Origin: Pelagibacteraceae bacterium
GTDB lineage: Bacteria; Pseudomonadota; Alphaproteobacteria; Pelagibacterales; Pelagibacteraceae
Length of the DNA: 64,000 nt
Assembly: GCA_038133865.1 (NCBI GenBank)
Contig: JAYPUB010000001.1
Span: 31 to 64,030, forward strand
Direction: 5' to 3'
The notes under the pieces are model-generated. The model did not search any database. It was not told the DNA's origin and saw nothing but the letters and a program-made list of their open reading frames with translations. The translations under genes and the position numbers were made by a program. Below, piece by piece: positions 10,622 through 23,111 of the stretch. How positions within the stretch are numbered: the stretch's first letter is position 1; each line of letters begins with the position of its first letter.

Positions 10622-11430
10622 TGAAAACTTCTTATATTGCTCTTTCTGGCCCAACCAATTCAGGAAAATCTACTTTGTTAAATTGTTTTGCAAACAAAAA
10701 AGTTTCAATCGTTTCAAAAAAAATTCAAACGACAAATTTTAATATTGAATTTTCAATTAATCATAGAAATACTCAAATGATATTTATAGACACTCCCGGG
10801 TTTTATAAAGATAACATAAACGATAATTATCTTAGAGAAGCATACCAAGGCTTAGAGAGAGCAGATATAGTTATATTTTTGTTAGATATAAATAATAAAT
10901 TTAGACATTTAGATAAAATCAAACAAAATTTAAATAATATAAAAAAAAAAATATTAGTTTTTAATAAAATTGATCAAATAGATAATGATGAAATTTTAAA
11001 AAAAATTAAAACTATAGATTTTATTAATGAATTTGATGAAATTTTTTATATTTCTGCTTTAAGAAAAAAAAATACTGAAAAAATTTTAGATTTTATTGAA
11101 AAATTTACTACAAAAGACTCTAAAAAAATTTCAAAAAAAATTACAAAAGAAAAATTTTTTTCAGAAATTACCAGAGAAGCTTTGTTATATTATATTCATA
11201 AGGAAATTCCCTATAAATGTTTAATTGTTACAGATAACATAAAAAAAGGTAAATTTATTACGATAAACCAAACTATTATCGTTAAAACAAATGCTCATAA
11301 AAAAATTATCTTAGGTAAAAATGGAACGATGATTAAAAATATTGGTATCTACTCAAGATCACAACTCGAAAAAATTATGAAAAAAAAAGTTAATCTTTTT
11401 CTAAAAGTAAAATTAGCAAAAGTAAAATAA
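10621..11430 (+). CDS. era: GTPase Era (divergent)
   Basis: GPTNSGKST, DTPG, NKID, KH domain EIPY..IILGKNG; follows rnc. Confidence 0.92.
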   Translation: MKTSYIALSGPTNSGKSTLLNCFANKKVSIVSKKIQTTNFNIEFSINHRNTQMIFIDTPGFYKDNINDNYLREAYQGLERADIVIFLLDINNKFRHLDKIKQNLNNIKKKILVFNKIDQIDNDEILKKIKTIDFINEFDEIFYISALRKKNTEKILDFIEKFTTKDSKKISKKITKEKFFSEITREALLYYIHKEIPYKCLIVTDNIKKGKFITINQTIIVKTNAHKKIILGKNGTMIKNIGIYSRSQLEKIMKKKVNLFLKVKLAKVK

Positions 11431-12057
11431 ATGCGCTGGAGTGATATTGGATATCTTGTATCAATATTTCCAAGTAAAGAAAATTCATCTATAGTTAAAA
11501 TTTTTTCTAAAAATTACGGATGTTATTCAGGTATAGTTTATGGCAGCTCATCAAAAAAAAAGAAACCTGATTTACAGTTAGGCAATAAACTAAAAGTTAA
11601 TTATAACTCTAAAAGCGAAGATGCACTCGGCTATTTTTCTTTTGAGCTGATTGAGAATACTTCTATTAAGTTTTTTAATGATACTATAAAATTAAATTTA
11701 TTATTAGCTTCAATTGAAATTATTTCTAAAATTATTCCTGAAAGACAAAAATATATTGAATGTTTTCAGGATTTTGATTTTTTTATACAGGAGTTAAATA
11801 ATGATAGTTTAAAACCTTATCTTGTATGGGAGTTTAACTTTTTAAAAAATATGGGGTACGGTTTAGATTTAAATGATTGTAATCTCGAAAATGATACAAA
11901 AGCTCTTTTGTTAGGAAAAAAGGTGGACTTTTCATTTCAAAATCTTAAATCAATCTTTGATTTAAATAGTGGAATAATTACCGATAGATTAGTCGATGTA
12001 ATTAATATATCTAATTTTAAAAATAGACAAAAGATTCTTAAATTTTTAAATGAGTAA
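11431..12057 (+). CDS. recO: DNA repair protein RecO (short)
   Basis: MRWSDIG N-terminus and LQLGN OB-fold motif typical of alphaproteobacterial RecO; follows era. Confidence 0.85.
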   Translation: MRWSDIGYLVSIFPSKENSSIVKIFSKNYGCYSGIVYGSSSKKKKPDLQLGNKLKVNYNSKSEDALGYFSFELIENTSIKFFNDTIKLNLLLASIEIISKIIPERQKYIECFQDFDFFIQELNNDSLKPYLVWEFNFLKNMGYGLDLNDCNLENDTKALLLGKKVDFSFQNLKSIFDLNSGIITDRLVDVINISNFKNRQKILKFLNE

Positions 12058-14293
12058 AAATATAATAAATGATGAATTAAAAAATCAATTTGCTAAAAAA
12101 TATTTAGCATATGCACTTTCCACTATTACTCAGAGAGCATTACCAGATGTTAGGGATGGTTTAAAACCAGTACATAGGCGTTTAATTTATGCTATGTATC
12201 TATTAAACTTAAGTCCTAAATCTCAGTTCAAAAAATCAGCTAGAGTTGTTGGTGATGTAATAGGTAAATTTCATCCTCATGGCGATCAGTCAGTTTATGA
12301 TGCCCTTGTTAGATTGGCTCAAGATTTTTCAACTAATTATCCTTTAATTGATGGACAGGGAAATTTTGGAAATATTGATGGCGATAACGCTGCAGCAATG
12401 CGTTACACTGAAACAAAACTAACAAAAATTTCTGAATTTTTATTAAATGCCATTGAAGAAGATACAGTTAGTTTTAAAAAAACTTATGATGGAGAATTAG
12501 AAGAGCCAGAAATTTTGCCTTCTCAATTTCCAAATATTTTAGCTAATGGATCTTCTGGTATAGCTGTTGGAATGGCAACTTCAATACCACCTCATAATGT
12601 TCAAGAAATTTGTGAGGCAATTATTCATTTAAATAATAATCCAAACTCTACAATTCGTGATTTATTAAAATTTATTAAAGGCCCAGATTTTCCTACAGGT
12701 GGTGTGTTAAACGAAGACAAGAAAGAAATTTTTAAAGCTTACAATACTGGCCGAGGATTTTTTGAAATTAAATGTAAATTCAAAGTAGAAGATTTGGGAA
12801 GGGGATTGTATCAAATTGCAGTTACAGAAATTCCTTACTCTGTAAATAAATCAAAATTAATTGAGAAAATTGCAAGCATAATTATTAATAAAAAAAATAA
12901 ATTATTAGATCATGTAAGTGATGAATCTGATGAGAGAATTAGAATTGTTCTTAGACCCAAAAACAGAAATGTTAATCCAGAGGATTTAATGAATTCTTTA
13001 TTTGAGCAAACAGAGCTTAAAAATAAAATCTTTCTTAATATGAATGTTCTTAACGAAAAAAATGAGCCTAAAATAATGAATTTAAAAGAAATATTAAAAT
13101 CTTTATTGAAGCATCGTTTTATTATTTTAAACAAAAGAATTAATTTTCAATTAAATAAAATTAAAAAAAGATTAGAGATTTTAAAAGGTTTTCTAATAGT
13201 ATATAAAAATTTAAATAACATAATAAAAATAATTCGTAATTCAAAAGATCCTAAAAAAGACCTTATTAAGAAATATAAATTTTCCTATGTTCAAGTTGAG
13301 GCTATTCTTGAAATGAGATTGAGAAACCTTAAGAAAATTGAAGAATTTGAAATTAAAAAAGAATTTAAAAATCTTGAAATTGAAAAAAAAAGATTAACTA
13401 AAATTATCAATTCAAAAACTTTACAAAGAAATGAAATTAATAGAGAATATGAAGAAGTAATTCAAGAATTTGGTGATAATTCAAATTATGGTAAAAGAAA
13501 ATCAATTTTAGAAAAATTTCAAAATATATCTGAGGATGAATTAGAGTCTAAATTAGAAGTTATTGAGAATATCAATATTTCATTAATTAATAATCAATAC
13601 ATAAAAGCAAAAAAGGGTAGTTATAAATTTTCAGATAATAATGGAAATAAAGATGTTAATTTAGTTTTGAACTGTAAGACTACTGATCAAATAGTTTTAT
13701 TATCTGATATTGGGAAGTCTTATGTCATAGATTGCAAAATATTAAAATTTGGTTCAATTAAAGGTGTGCCGGTATCTTTTTATTTAAAATTAAAAGAGAA
13801 TGAAAAGATCGTAGATTTATTTGTGTTTTTAGAAAATAAAAAAATTATCTTATCTACAAAAAATGGATATGGTTTTATAGTTAAATCTGAAGATTTATTG
13901 AGCAACAAAAAATCAGGTAAAAAAATATTTAATGTTAAAAAAAATGATGAATTATTCACTACTTGTTTAATTGATGAAAAAAAAGATAAGTATGTTTCTA
14001 TTTATTTGTTTAATGGTTTAAATTTAAAATTATTAATTTTTAATTTAAAAGAAATTCCCTTGTTACAAAAAGGTTCAGGGGTAATATTATTTAAATCAAA
14101 AGATTTTATTTTGAATTCTTTAAATACACTTCAAGATAAATTTGTTTTTTATAATTATCATAAAGAGGAAATTCAAATAAATAAAAATATTAAGACTTTT
14201 TTATCAAAAAGAGGTAAATCTGGAAAAATAATTAAAACTAAAATTGTTAATAAAATTTTTAGAGGATTTGAAAATAATTATAAATTTAAATGA
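12050..14293 (+). CDS. parC: DNA topoisomerase IV subunit A
   Basis: [26 protein letters not shown] active Tyr; no GyrA box; recO-parC context. Confidence 0.94.
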   Translation: MSKNIINDELKNQFAKKYLAYALSTITQRALPDVRDGLKPVHRRLIYAMYLLNLSPKSQFKKSARVVGDVIGKFHPHGDQSVYDALVRLAQDFSTNYPLIDGQGNFGNIDGDNAAAMRYTETKLTKISEFLLNAIEEDTVSFKKTYDGELEEPEILPSQFPNILANGSSGIAVGMATSIPPHNVQEICEAIIHLNNNPNSTIRDLLKFIKGPDFPTGGVLNEDKKEIFKAYNTGRGFFEIKCKFKVEDLGRGLYQIAVTEIPYSVNKSKLIEKIASIIINKKNKLLDHVSDESDERIRIVLRPKNRNVNPEDLMNSLFEQTELKNKIFLNMNVLNEKNEPKIMNLKEILKSLLKHRFIILNKRINFQLNKIKKRLEILKGFLIVYKNLNNIIKIIRNSKDPKKDLIKKYKFSYVQVEAILEMRLRNLKKIEEFEIKKEFKNLEIEKKRLTKIINSKTLQRNEINREYEEVIQEFGDNSNYGKRKSILEKFQNISEDELESKLEVIENINISLINNQYIKAKKGSYKFSDNNGNKDVNLVLNCKTTDQIVLLSDIGKSYVIDCKILKFGSIKGVPVSFYLKLKENEKIVDLFVFLENKKIILSTKNGYGFIVKSEDLLSNKKSGKKIFNVKKNDELFTTCLIDEKKDKYVSIYLFNGLNLKLLIFNLKEIPLLQKGSGVILFKSKDFILNSLNTLQDKFVFYNYHKEEIQINKNIKTFLSKRGKSGKIIKTKIVNKIFRGFENNYKFK

Positions 14294-14730
14294 TTAAAAA
14301 TTTTAAAACTGCTTTATCAAGATATCCAACCGGTATTGTATGTATTTTTTCTAAAAGTAATACTGGCTATGAATCAATTATTGTTAATTCATTTGCCTCT
14401 GTTTCTTTAAAACCACTTTTGGTTTTATGGAGTTTGGATAAAAAATCTAGTAAATTTAATATCTTTAAGAAATCTAAACAACAAGTTATTGCAGTATTAA
14501 GCAACAATCAAAAAAAAATAGCAAATGAGTTAGCTTTTAAAAAAAATCATGTAAGTGAATTCGATTTTAAGCAAATTTTAAAAAAATCTATTTTCAATTT
14601 AAATTGCACAAAAACAAAGCAAATTAGAGCGGGGGATCATTATACTTTTTTCTTAAAAGTAAATAAAATCTCAAGTATCAATAACTTAAAACCACTTGTT
14701 TATCATAAAAAAAAATTTTTAACGATTTAG
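14290..14730 (+). CDS. flavin reductase-like protein
   Basis: [29 protein letters not shown] motifs of the Flavin_Reduct family. Confidence 0.85.
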   Translation: MIKNFKTALSRYPTGIVCIFSKSNTGYESIIVNSFASVSLKPLLVLWSLDKKSSKFNIFKKSKQQVIAVLSNNQKKIANELAFKKNHVSEFDFKQILKKSIFNLNCTKTKQIRAGDHYTFFLKVNKISSINNLKPLVYHKKKFLTI

Positions 14731-14800
14731 AATGTTAATAACTTCATTTTTTAATAAGTTGAGTTGAGATTTTTAATCTTTTATATAAAACATAATTATC

Positions 14801-15247
14801 TTGTTAAAAAAATATATTACAAATACGGTTTACATATCTTCTGATCATGCAGGCTATGAGTTAAAGAAAAAAGTTTCTAAACTTTTAACTTCAAAAAAAA
14901 TTAAGGTTATTGATTTGGGTCCAAGCCATAAAAATTCAGTTGATTACCCCGATTATGCTAAAAAACTCGCAAAAAAAATTTTAGACAAAAAATATGGAGT
15001 TTTAATTTGCGGTACAGGTATTGGAATGTCAATTGTTGCGAATCGATATAAAAAAGTAAGAGCATCTTTAGTTTCAAGCACTAAAACAGCCATTTTAGCA
15101 AGAGAGCATAATAATGCCAATGTTTTAGTTTTAGGATCTAGAGTGACAAATAGAATTAATGCTTTAAAAATAGTAAATATTTTTTTTAAAACTAAATTTT
15201 TAAAAGGAAGACACTTAAGAAGGGTAAAAAAGTTTAATAATGTCTAA
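14801..15247 (+). CDS. rpiB: ribose-5-phosphate isomerase B
   Basis: [35 protein letters not shown]; start codon uncertain (TTG). Confidence 0.95.
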   Translation: MLKKYITNTVYISSDHAGYELKKKVSKLLTSKKIKVIDLGPSHKNSVDYPDYAKKLAKKILDKKYGVLICGTGIGMSIVANRYKKVRASLVSSTKTAILAREHNNANVLVLGSRVTNRINALKIVNIFFKTKFLKGRHLRRVKKFNNV

Positions 15248-16526
15248 AGAATTAAATATTAATAGTAATTTTTTTGATCAATCTTTAAAAGATAGAGATC
15301 CAGATGTATATTCATCTATTCAAGAAGAGTTGGATCGTCAAAAAAATCATTTAGAACTTATAGCATCTGAAAATATAGCATCAAAGGCGGTAATAGAAGC
15401 CCAGGGATCTGTATTAACCAATAAGTATGCAGAGGGTTATCCTGGAAAGAGATATTATGGTGGATGTGAGTTTGTAGATAAATCTGAAAATTTAGCAATT
15501 GAGAGAGTTACAAAATTGTTTAACGTTAAATATGCAAATGTTCAACCTCATTCAGGTGCTCAAGCTAATGGAGCTGTTTTCTTAGCATTGTTGCAACCCG
15601 GAGATACAATCTTAGGCATGGGTATAGATCAAGGAGGCCATTTGACTCACGGTGCACCACCTGCACAATCTGGAAAATGGTTTAACGCTATTGCTTATGG
15701 AGTAAATAAAAAAACTGGATTGTTAGATTATGAACAAGTTAAAAAATTAGCAGAAGAGCACAAGCCTAAATTAATTATTGCAGGCGGTAGTGCATATTCA
15801 AGAATTATTGATTTTAAAAAATTTAAAGAGATCGCAGAAAGTATAAATGCATATTTGTTAGTTGATATGGCTCATTTTTCTGGTTTAGTTGCCGGAAAAG
15901 CTTACCCAAATCCTTGTGACTACGCAGATGTAGTTACTTCTACCACACATAAAGTTTTAAGAGGGCCTCGTGGAGGTATAATTTTAACTAATGATGAAGA
16001 ATTGGCAAAAAAGTTTAATTCTGCTGTTTTTCCAGGTTTGCAGGGCGGACCTTTAATGCACGTTATTGCCGCAAAAGCAGTTTGTTTTAAAGAAGCTTTG
16101 CAAGATGATTTTAAAGTTTATGCAAAAAATGTAATTGAAAATGCAAAAATTTTATCTGAAACACTAAAAAATCTTGGTTATGAAATTTTTTCAGGTGGAA
16201 CAGATACCCACTTGGTTCTAATAGATTTGAGACCACTTGGTTTAACTGGAAAAGAAGCTGAAAAATCACTGGTTAATGCAAATTTAACTTGTAATAAAAA
16301 TGGCATTCCTTACGATGAAGCAAAACCATGGATTACATCTGGAATTAGATTAGGAACTCCAGCCTGTACAACAAGAGGTTTTGGGTTAGCAGAATTTAAA
16401 TTAGTTGCTGAACTAGTTGATGAAGTACTTCAAGGTTTAAAAAAAAATAAAGAAGACAATTCTGAAGCTGAAGCTTCAGTAAGGAATAAAGTAATTGAAC
16501 TTTGTAAAAAGTTTCCAATATACTAA
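15240..16526 (+). CDS. glyA: serine hydroxymethyltransferase
   Basis: [40 protein letters not shown] motif. Confidence 0.98.
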   Translation: MSKELNINSNFFDQSLKDRDPDVYSSIQEELDRQKNHLELIASENIASKAVIEAQGSVLTNKYAEGYPGKRYYGGCEFVDKSENLAIERVTKLFNVKYANVQPHSGAQANGAVFLALLQPGDTILGMGIDQGGHLTHGAPPAQSGKWFNAIAYGVNKKTGLLDYEQVKKLAEEHKPKLIIAGGSAYSRIIDFKKFKEIAESINAYLLVDMAHFSGLVAGKAYPNPCDYADVVTSTTHKVLRGPRGGIILTNDEELAKKFNSAVFPGLQGGPLMHVIAAKAVCFKEALQDDFKVYAKNVIENAKILSETLKNLGYEIFSGGTDTHLVLIDLRPLGLTGKEAEKSLVNANLTCNKNGIPYDEAKPWITSGIRLGTPACTTRGFGLAEFKLVAELVDEVLQGLKKNKEDNSEAEASVRNKVIELCKKFPIY

Positions 16527-16529
16527 ATT

Positions 16530-16991
16530 ATGCTCTGCCCATTTTGTAAAGAAAAAGATACTTCTGTAATTGATTCAAGGTCTACAGAAGATGGCACTGC
16601 AATTAGGCGGCGAAGGTTATGTGGTTGTGGAAAACAGAGATTTACAACTTTTGAAAGAGTTCAATTTAGAGAATTGTCTGTGATAAAAAAGAACGGAAGA
16701 AAATCACCTTTTGATCGTGAAAAGCTTACAAGATCAATTAATACTGCATTAAGAAAAAGGCCTATAGATAATGATACTATTGAAAAATTTGTTTCAAAAA
16801 TTTATCGTAGCTTAGAAGATCTTGGTCAAAATGAAATCATGTCTTCGACTATAGGAAAATTTGTAATGGATGGTTTAAAAGAATTGGATCATGTTGGTTA
16901 CGTTAGATTTGCTTCCGTGTATACGGATTTTAAAGAAGCTAAGGATTTTGAGCAATTTGTAGATAATATCAATGCCAAAGTTAAAAAGTAG
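16530..16991 (+). CDS. nrdR: transcriptional repressor NrdR
   Basis: CPFC..VIDSR..RRRR..RFTTFE, ATP cone, YVRFASVY. Confidence 0.96.
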   Translation: MLCPFCKEKDTSVIDSRSTEDGTAIRRRRLCGCGKQRFTTFERVQFRELSVIKKNGRKSPFDREKLTRSINTALRKRPIDNDTIEKFVSKIYRSLEDLGQNEIMSSTIGKFVMDGLKELDHVGYVRFASVYTDFKEAKDFEQFVDNINAKVKK

Positions 16992-18060
16992 TAATTTACA
17001 TAGCTATTTTTTAAAACTATCGAATAAGCTTTCAGAAATAAATCAATTTACTACTTTACCCAACCCCAGTGTTGGTGCCGTTTTATTTTCTAAAAATAAA
17101 ATTTCTACTTCATGCACAGGTAAAAATGGATCACCACATGCTGAGTATCAATTATTAAAAAATAAAAAAAATATAAAGAATGGGTATCTTTATACATCGC
17201 TGGAACCGTGTTGTCATAAAGGTAAAAACCCTCCATGTACAGATATAATTATAAACAAAAAGATTAAAAAAATTTTTACTAGTAACAAAGATTTTGACCC
17301 AAGAGTCTTTAATCAAACAAATAAAATACTTAAAAAAAATAAAATTAGAATTTTTTATAGAAAATTAAATAATAAACCTTCATTAATTCATAATTTTTCC
17401 TCCATTAATAAAATCCCTTATGTTGTAGCTAAAATTGCAATTAGTAATGATGGTTTCACAAAACATAGGTTTAAGAGACTTTTTACAAGTTCCAAAGCTT
17501 TGAAATTTGCTCATTTGAAGAGATATCAATCAGATAGTATATTAATTGGTAAAAACACCCTTAATGATGATAATCCCAGATTAGACCCAAGAGTAGATGG
17601 GTTAAACAAAAAAATTTCAAAATTTATTATTAATCCAAAATTAGACTTTGATTCTGCTGTACTTAAAAATAAATATTTAAAAAACTCATATGTTTTTCAC
17701 CGATCTCAAGATCTAAAAAAAATAAAAAAATTTAGTAAAAATTTTAAACTTATTTATTTTGATTTTAAAAAAAATTTACCATCTTTAGAAATCTTAAGTA
17801 AAATTTATCAACTTGGTTATAAAAAACTTTTAATTGAAGGAGGATTGAATACCTTGCAAAGATTTATTCAGTCAAATTTGATTAATGAGCTTAATATAAT
17901 TAAAAATAAACAAAATTTTGGTAATCAGGGAGCGGTAAAAGGTAATAAAATTACAAATTCTAAAAATTTAATCCTAGATGAAACAATTACACTAGAAGAT
18001 GATAGTATTTTGATTTACAAACCTAAGTATGTTTACAGGAATAATTCAAAATACATCTAG
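16972..18060 (+). CDS. ribD: riboflavin biosynthesis deaminase/reductase RibD (divergent)
   Basis: PNPSVG, HAE, LEPCCH...PPC deaminase motifs; DDNPRL and IEGG reductase motifs. Confidence 0.9.
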   Translation: MPKLKSSNLHSYFLKLSNKLSEINQFTTLPNPSVGAVLFSKNKISTSCTGKNGSPHAEYQLLKNKKNIKNGYLYTSLEPCCHKGKNPPCTDIIINKKIKKIFTSNKDFDPRVFNQTNKILKKNKIRIFYRKLNNKPSLIHNFSSINKIPYVVAKIAISNDGFTKHRFKRLFTSSKALKFAHLKRYQSDSILIGKNTLNDDNPRLDPRVDGLNKKISKFIINPKLDFDSAVLKNKYLKNSYVFHRSQDLKKIKKFSKNFKLIYFDFKKNLPSLEILSKIYQLGYKKLLIEGGLNTLQRFIQSNLINELNIIKNKQNFGNQGAVKGNKITNSKNLILDETITLEDDSILIYKPKYVYRNNSKYI

Positions 18061-18616
18061 ATTAGAGAAAATTGATCATCAATTAAAAAACTATACTTTT
18101 GTTTTAAATAGCAATTTAAGTATTGGGAAAAAAGATATAGGCACTTCAATTTCAGTAGATGGTGTTTGTTTAACTTTAGTAAAGGTATCTAAGATAAAAA
18201 AAAATAACAAATTATATTTCAATATTTCACCAGAAACTTTGAAAATATCATCTTTAAAATTAAAAAAAAAAGGTGATTTGTTAAATCTAGAAAAGTCTTT
18301 AAAACACGGGGATGAAATAGCTGGTCATTTTGTTCAAGGTCATGTTGATGATATTGGAAAAGTCGTATCAATAAAAAAAAATAAAAACTCCTGGTGTTTC
18401 TGGTTTAAAATAAAAAATAATTTCTCTAAATTTTTAATAAAAAAAGGTTCTATTGCTATTAATGGAATTTCTTTAACAATTAACGAAATAAAAAAAAATA
18501 ATTTTAGAGCTGATATTATTCCCCATACATTTAAAAAGACAAATTTAAGATTTTTAAAAAAGAATATGATTGTAAATATAGAGTTTGATTTATTAATTAA
18601 ATTTTTAAGAAAATGA
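18029..18616 (+). CDS. ribE: riboflavin synthase (alpha chain)
   Basis: MFTGII N-terminus, GVCLT, GHFVQGHVD, GISLT repeats. Confidence 0.96.
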   Translation: MFTGIIQNTSRLEKIDHQLKNYTFVLNSNLSIGKKDIGTSISVDGVCLTLVKVSKIKKNNKLYFNISPETLKISSLKLKKKGDLLNLEKSLKHGDEIAGHFVQGHVDDIGKVVSIKKNKNSWCFWFKIKNNFSKFLIKKGSIAINGISLTINEIKKNNFRADIIPHTFKKTNLRFLKKNMIVNIEFDLLIKFLRK

Positions 18617-19692
18617 AAAAAAATTTTTGTTCAATAGAAAAGTTAATTAAATTAGCTAAGAAAGGTAAAATATTTATATTAGTTGATGATGAAAATCGTG
18701 AAAACGAAGGTGATTTAGTTTTTTTAGCAAACAAATGTACACCAAAAAAAATAAATTTCATGGCTAAATACGGAAGGGGTTTAATTTGTCTAGCTCTTAA
18801 TAAAAAACAATCTGATAAACTAGGTTTAAAATTAATGTCAAACTCTAATGGAACACGTTTTAGTACTGCTTTTACAGTAAGTATAGAAGCCAAAAATGGA
18901 GTCACAACTGGTATATCCGCATTTGATCGATCTAAGACTGTTTCAGCTGCAATAAAAAAAACATCGACAAAAAAAGACATTGTTACCCCAGGACATATTT
19001 TTCCATTAGTTGCTAAAAATGGTGGTGTTTTAATAAGAGCTGGTCATACCGAAGCATCTGTTGATATTGCAAAAATAGCTTCAAATTCAAATGGTGCAGT
19101 TATTTGCGAAATTATGAATGAAGACGGATCTATGGCTAAGAGAGATCAGCTATTTAAGTTTGCAAAAAAACATAAGTTGCAAATTGCCAAGATTGAAGAT
19201 TTAATTTCTTATAGATTAAAAAAAGAAACATTTATTAAACTTAAAAAGCAAACAAAAATTAAATTTAAAAATAAAGTTTTGGCAAGGAGTATTTTTTTTA
19301 ATTCTATTGATAAACAAAGACACGTTTCTTTTTCCAGTTTAAATTTAAATCCTGATAATTGCAAAGTTAGAGTGCTTTCATTAAAAACAAAAGATAAAAA
19401 TAAAAATATTTTAAATTTAACTGAAGTAAAAAAATCTTTAAATTATTTAAATAATACAAAAAATTTTCTTTTGATTATTATTCAGGATTTCATGATGAAT
19501 AATAATATTTTAAAATTTATTAATACAAAAAAGGAGGCCCCATCAAATCTGATAAGAAATTACGGAGTAGGTGCTCAAATTATAAAAAAAATGGGGCTTA
19601 ATAATATAATCTTAGTAACTAAATCAAAAAAAAGGATAGTAGGTTTGGATGGTTTTGGTATTAAAATTAAAAAACAAGAAATTTTTAAATGA
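18613..19692 (+). CDS. ribB: 3,4-dihydroxy-2-butanone-4-phosphate synthase with degenerate C-terminal GTP cyclohydrolase II-like domain
   Basis: DDENRENEGDL, TAFTVS, TTGISAFDR, PGHIFPL, RAGHTEA, CEI; the C-terminal half keeps only RNYGVGAQI. Confidence 0.92.
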   Translation: MKKNFCSIEKLIKLAKKGKIFILVDDENRENEGDLVFLANKCTPKKINFMAKYGRGLICLALNKKQSDKLGLKLMSNSNGTRFSTAFTVSIEAKNGVTTGISAFDRSKTVSAAIKKTSTKKDIVTPGHIFPLVAKNGGVLIRAGHTEASVDIAKIASNSNGAVICEIMNEDGSMAKRDQLFKFAKKHKLQIAKIEDLISYRLKKETFIKLKKQTKIKFKNKVLARSIFFNSIDKQRHVSFSSLNLNPDNCKVRVLSLKTKDKNKNILNLTEVKKSLNYLNNTKNFLLIIIQDFMMNNNILKFINTKKEAPSNLIRNYGVGAQIIKKMGLNNIILVTKSKKRIVGLDGFGIKIKKQEIFK

Positions 19693-20099
19693 AAAAATGT
19701 TTATTAGTTTATTCTGATTATTATAAAGATATATCTAAATCTTTATTAAACGGAGCAATAAAAGTTCTAAAAAAGAATAAAATTACATATGATGTTAATC
19801 GTGTTGATGGATCTTTTGAAATTCCGCAATTAATTAATATTAAACTTAAAAAGAAAAAATATAATTCAGTAATTGCATTAGGTTGTGTAATTAAGGGAAA
19901 AACACCTCATTTTGAAATTATTTCTAACTCTATATCTAATTCATTAATGGATTTATCGCTAAAATATTCTGTTCCAATATCAAATGGAATTTTAAATTGT
20001 TTAAATAAATCTCAAGCTATAGATAGAAGCTCATCTAAAAAAAACAAAGGTATTGAAGCTGCAAATGCTCTTATATCCGTTCTAAAAAACCTAAAATGA
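19689..20099 (+). CDS. ribH: 6,7-dimethyl-8-ribityllumazine synthase
   Basis: GSFEIP, ALGCVIKGKTPHF, NKG.EAA motifs. Confidence 0.94.
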   Translation: MKKCLLVYSDYYKDISKSLLNGAIKVLKKNKITYDVNRVDGSFEIPQLINIKLKKKKYNSVIALGCVIKGKTPHFEIISNSISNSLMDLSLKYSVPISNGILNCLNKSQAIDRSSSKKNKGIEAANALISVLKNLK

Positions 20100-20470
20100 A
20101 ATCTAGTACTAGAATAAAGCTAGTTCAAAAAATATATGAAAAAACTACTAATTCTGATGGGGTGGTTGATTTTGGTAAAGATCCATACTTGAGGCACATA
20201 AAAAAAGTATTTAAAGGTTATTTTGAATGTAATGAAGAATTGGACAAACTTTTATTAGAAAACTTGTCAAAAGAACTCAATATTAAAAATCTTGATATAC
20301 TATTAAAAATAATTTTAAAATCCTCAATATACGAGCTAAAATATTGTACAAAAATTCCATTTAAAGTTGTTATTGATCAATATTTAGATGTCACTGATGC
20401 ATTTTACGGAAATGACCAAAAAAGGCTTGTAAATGGCGTACTGGACAGCGTGGCAAAAGGGTTAAATTAG
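20096..20470 (+). CDS. nusB: transcription antitermination factor NusB (short, divergent)
   Basis: YEL...IPFKVVIDQY...VNGVLD C-terminal motif; follows ribH. Confidence 0.88.
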   Translation: MKSSTRIKLVQKIYEKTTNSDGVVDFGKDPYLRHIKKVFKGYFECNEELDKLLLENLSKELNIKNLDILLKIILKSSIYELKYCTKIPFKVVIDQYLDVTDAFYGNDQKRLVNGVLDSVAKGLN

Positions 20471-20545
20471 TATTTTAAGTTGATTTTATCACCAATTTTT
20501 GGCAATTAGCCTGTTTTTAACTAAGAGATAAAAGAAAGAGATATA

Positions 20546-22645
20546 ATGAACCCAGCAGAAATACTTAACTATGTAATTATTTGCGGTGTTGTGGCCGTAG
20601 CATATGGTTGGTTAACAAGTACACAAATTTTAAATGCGAGCGCAGGAAATAAAACTATGCAAGAAATTGCAGGCGCTATTCAAGAAGGTGCTCAAGCATA
20701 TTTAAATAGACAATACAAAACAATTGCTATTGTAGGTGTTGTTGTTTTAGTTCTTATTGGAGTTTTATTTAGTCCACTTGTTGCAGTAGGGTATTTGATT
20801 GGAGCTGCATTATCAGGTGTCGCTGGTTATGTTGGGATGATTATTTCTGTAAGAGCAAATGTTAGAACTGCTGAAGCAAGTAGAAAAGGTTTAGCGAAAG
20901 GTTTAGATATTGCATTTAAATCTGGAGCAGTAACAGGTATGTTAGTTGCAGGTTTGGCTTTATTGGCAATAGCAGTTTATTATAAATTTTTAATTTTCAA
21001 CAATTCTTCTGAAAGACAAATCATTGATGCATTAGTAGCTTTAGGGTTCGGAGCTTCACTAATATCAATTTTTGCCAGATTAGGCGGTGGTATATTTACT
21101 AAAGGTGCTGATGTTGGTGCTGATTTAGTTGGAAAAGTTGAAGCTGGTATTCCTGAAGACGACCCGAGAAATCCAGCAGTTATTGCAGATAACGTAGGTG
21201 ATAACGTTGGAGATTGCGCTGGTATGGCTGCGGACTTATTTGAAACATATGCAGTTACTGTTGTAGCCACAATGGTTTTGTCATCAATATTCTTCACAGG
21301 TAATTCAAGCATGATGGTTTATCCTCTTGCTATCGGTGGAGCATGTATACTTACATCTATCATTGGAACTTTTTTTGTCAGACTTGGAAAAAGTAAAAAT
21401 ATTATGGGAGCATTGTATAAAGGTTTTGTTGCTACAGCTATTTTATCATTATTTATCATGTATCCTTTAACAGATTACGTAATTGGACTTGAAAAAACAT
21501 TAAAAGTTGGAAAACTTTCTTTTCAAGGAATTGATCTTTTTTATTGTGCAGTTATTGGATTAGTAATTACTGGATTAATAATTTGGGTAACAGAGTATTA
21601 TACTGGAACTGATTACAGGCCAGTTAAATCTGTAGCTCAATCATCAACTACAGGTCATGGTACAAATGTAATTCAAGGATTAGCTATTTCTATGGAAGCA
21701 ACAGCTTTACCAGCTTTAATTATTGTAGTTGGAATTATTTCTACTTATTCATTAGCTGGTTTATTTGGTATTGCTATCGCAGTAACTAGTATGCTTGCAT
21801 TAACTGGTATGGTTGTAGCTTTAGATGCTTATGGTCCTGTCACAGATAATGCTGGTGGTATTGCTGAAATGTCAAAACTTCCATCTAGTGTTAGAAAAAC
21901 AACAGATGCATTAGATGCAGTAGGTAATACAACAAAAGCTGTAACAAAAGGTTATGCAATTGGATCAGCTGGTTTAGGGGCATTAGTTTTATTTGCAGCT
22001 TATACAGAAGATATTAAATACTTTGCAGCTCAAAAAGGTTCTGCATTAAGCGGGATTAAAGTCAGTTTTGATTTATCAAATCCATATGTAGTTGTTGGGC
22101 TACTTATTGGAGGTTTATTGCCATATCTTTTTGGTTCAATGGGTATGCAGGCCGTTGGTAGAGCAGGTGGTGCAGTAGTAAATGAAGTGAGAAGACAATT
22201 TAAAAAAATGCCAGGTATCATGAAAAGAAAACAAAAACCTGACTATGCTAGAGCCGTTGATCTGTTAACAAAAGCGGCAATAAAAGAAATGATTGTTCCT
22301 TCCTTATTACCAGTCTTATCTCCAATTTTAGTGTATGTAATTGTTTTAGGTATTGATGGACAATCTTCTGCGCTTTCAGCACTAGGTGCAATGCTTTTAG
22401 GTGTAATTGTTACTGGATTATTTGTGGCAATCTCAATGACCGCGGGTGGTGGTGCTTGGGATAATGCAAAAAAATACATTGAAGATGGAAATTTTGGTGG
22501 AAAGGGTTCTGAAGCTCATAAGGCTGCCGTTACTGGAGATACTGTAGGAGATCCATATAAGGATACTGCTGGACCAGCCGTGAATCCAATGATTAAAATT
22601 ACAAATATTGTAGCATTATTGCTCTTGGCAATTATAGCTCATTAA
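20546..22645 (+). CDS. hppA: membrane pyrophosphatase, predicted K+-independent H+-translocating
   Basis: [57 protein letters not shown]. Confidence 0.96.
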   Translation: MNPAEILNYVIICGVVAVAYGWLTSTQILNASAGNKTMQEIAGAIQEGAQAYLNRQYKTIAIVGVVVLVLIGVLFSPLVAVGYLIGAALSGVAGYVGMIISVRANVRTAEASRKGLAKGLDIAFKSGAVTGMLVAGLALLAIAVYYKFLIFNNSSERQIIDALVALGFGASLISIFARLGGGIFTKGADVGADLVGKVEAGIPEDDPRNPAVIADNVGDNVGDCAGMAADLFETYAVTVVATMVLSSIFFTGNSSMMVYPLAIGGACILTSIIGTFFVRLGKSKNIMGALYKGFVATAILSLFIMYPLTDYVIGLEKTLKVGKLSFQGIDLFYCAVIGLVITGLIIWVTEYYTGTDYRPVKSVAQSSTTGHGTNVIQGLAISMEATALPALIIVVGIISTYSLAGLFGIAIAVTSMLALTGMVVALDAYGPVTDNAGGIAEMSKLPSSVRKTTDALDAVGNTTKAVTKGYAIGSAGLGALVLFAAYTEDIKYFAAQKGSALSGIKVSFDLSNPYVVVGLLIGGLLPYLFGSMGMQAVGRAGGAVVNEVRRQFKKMPGIMKRKQKPDYARAVDLLTKAAIKEMIVPSLLPVLSPILVYVIVLGIDGQSSALSALGAMLLGVIVTGLFVAISMTAGGGAWDNAKKYIEDGNFGGKGSEAHKAAVTGDTVGDPYKDTAGPAVNPMIKITNIVALLLLAIIAH

Positions 22646-22649
22646 GATT

Positions 22650-23111
22650 TTAATTTTCGTTTTTTAATTTTTTACGAGCATTCTCCATTCTTTTTCGCGT
22701 TGAGCTTAAAAGGTTTTTTGTGAATGTGTCTTTAACACCTAAGGACTTAGTTATATCTTTAGCAAAGACTATTTTATTCATATTGTCTAAATTATAAAAA
22801 TCAATTTTTTTTGTAATTCCATACTTGTCGAAATATATTTCCATATAATCATTTAAATAAATCACTTTTTTTCCATATTTTGATTTAGTTTCTCGTATTT
22901 CAAAGTATGACCATCTATTTTCTTCATTATTTTTAATAGGCACTGGTCCTAAAATCTTTAATACATCGTTTTTATTGCTTTTGTTAATTTTAATTAATTC
23001 TGTTTTATTTTTTAGATTTGATACACCGTGAACATAGTCAATTTTGTTTAGTGTACATGATATAATAATTAATGATAAACTAACAAATATTATTTTTTTG
23101 ATTATGGACAT
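22650..23111 (-). CDS. bamE: outer membrane assembly lipoprotein BamE/SmpA-like
   Basis: Lipobox IISC, HG, NKNDVLKILGP, RWSY motif; usual neighbour of the Cbp3-like chaperone. Confidence 0.72.
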   Translation of the reverse strand: MSIIKKIIFVSLSLIIISCTLNKIDYVHGVSNLKNKTELIKINKSNKNDVLKILGPVPIKNNEENRWSYFEIRETKSKYGKKVIYLNDYMEIYFDKYGITKKIDFYNLDNMNKIVFAKDITKSLGVKDTFTKNLLSSTRKRMENARKKLKNEN

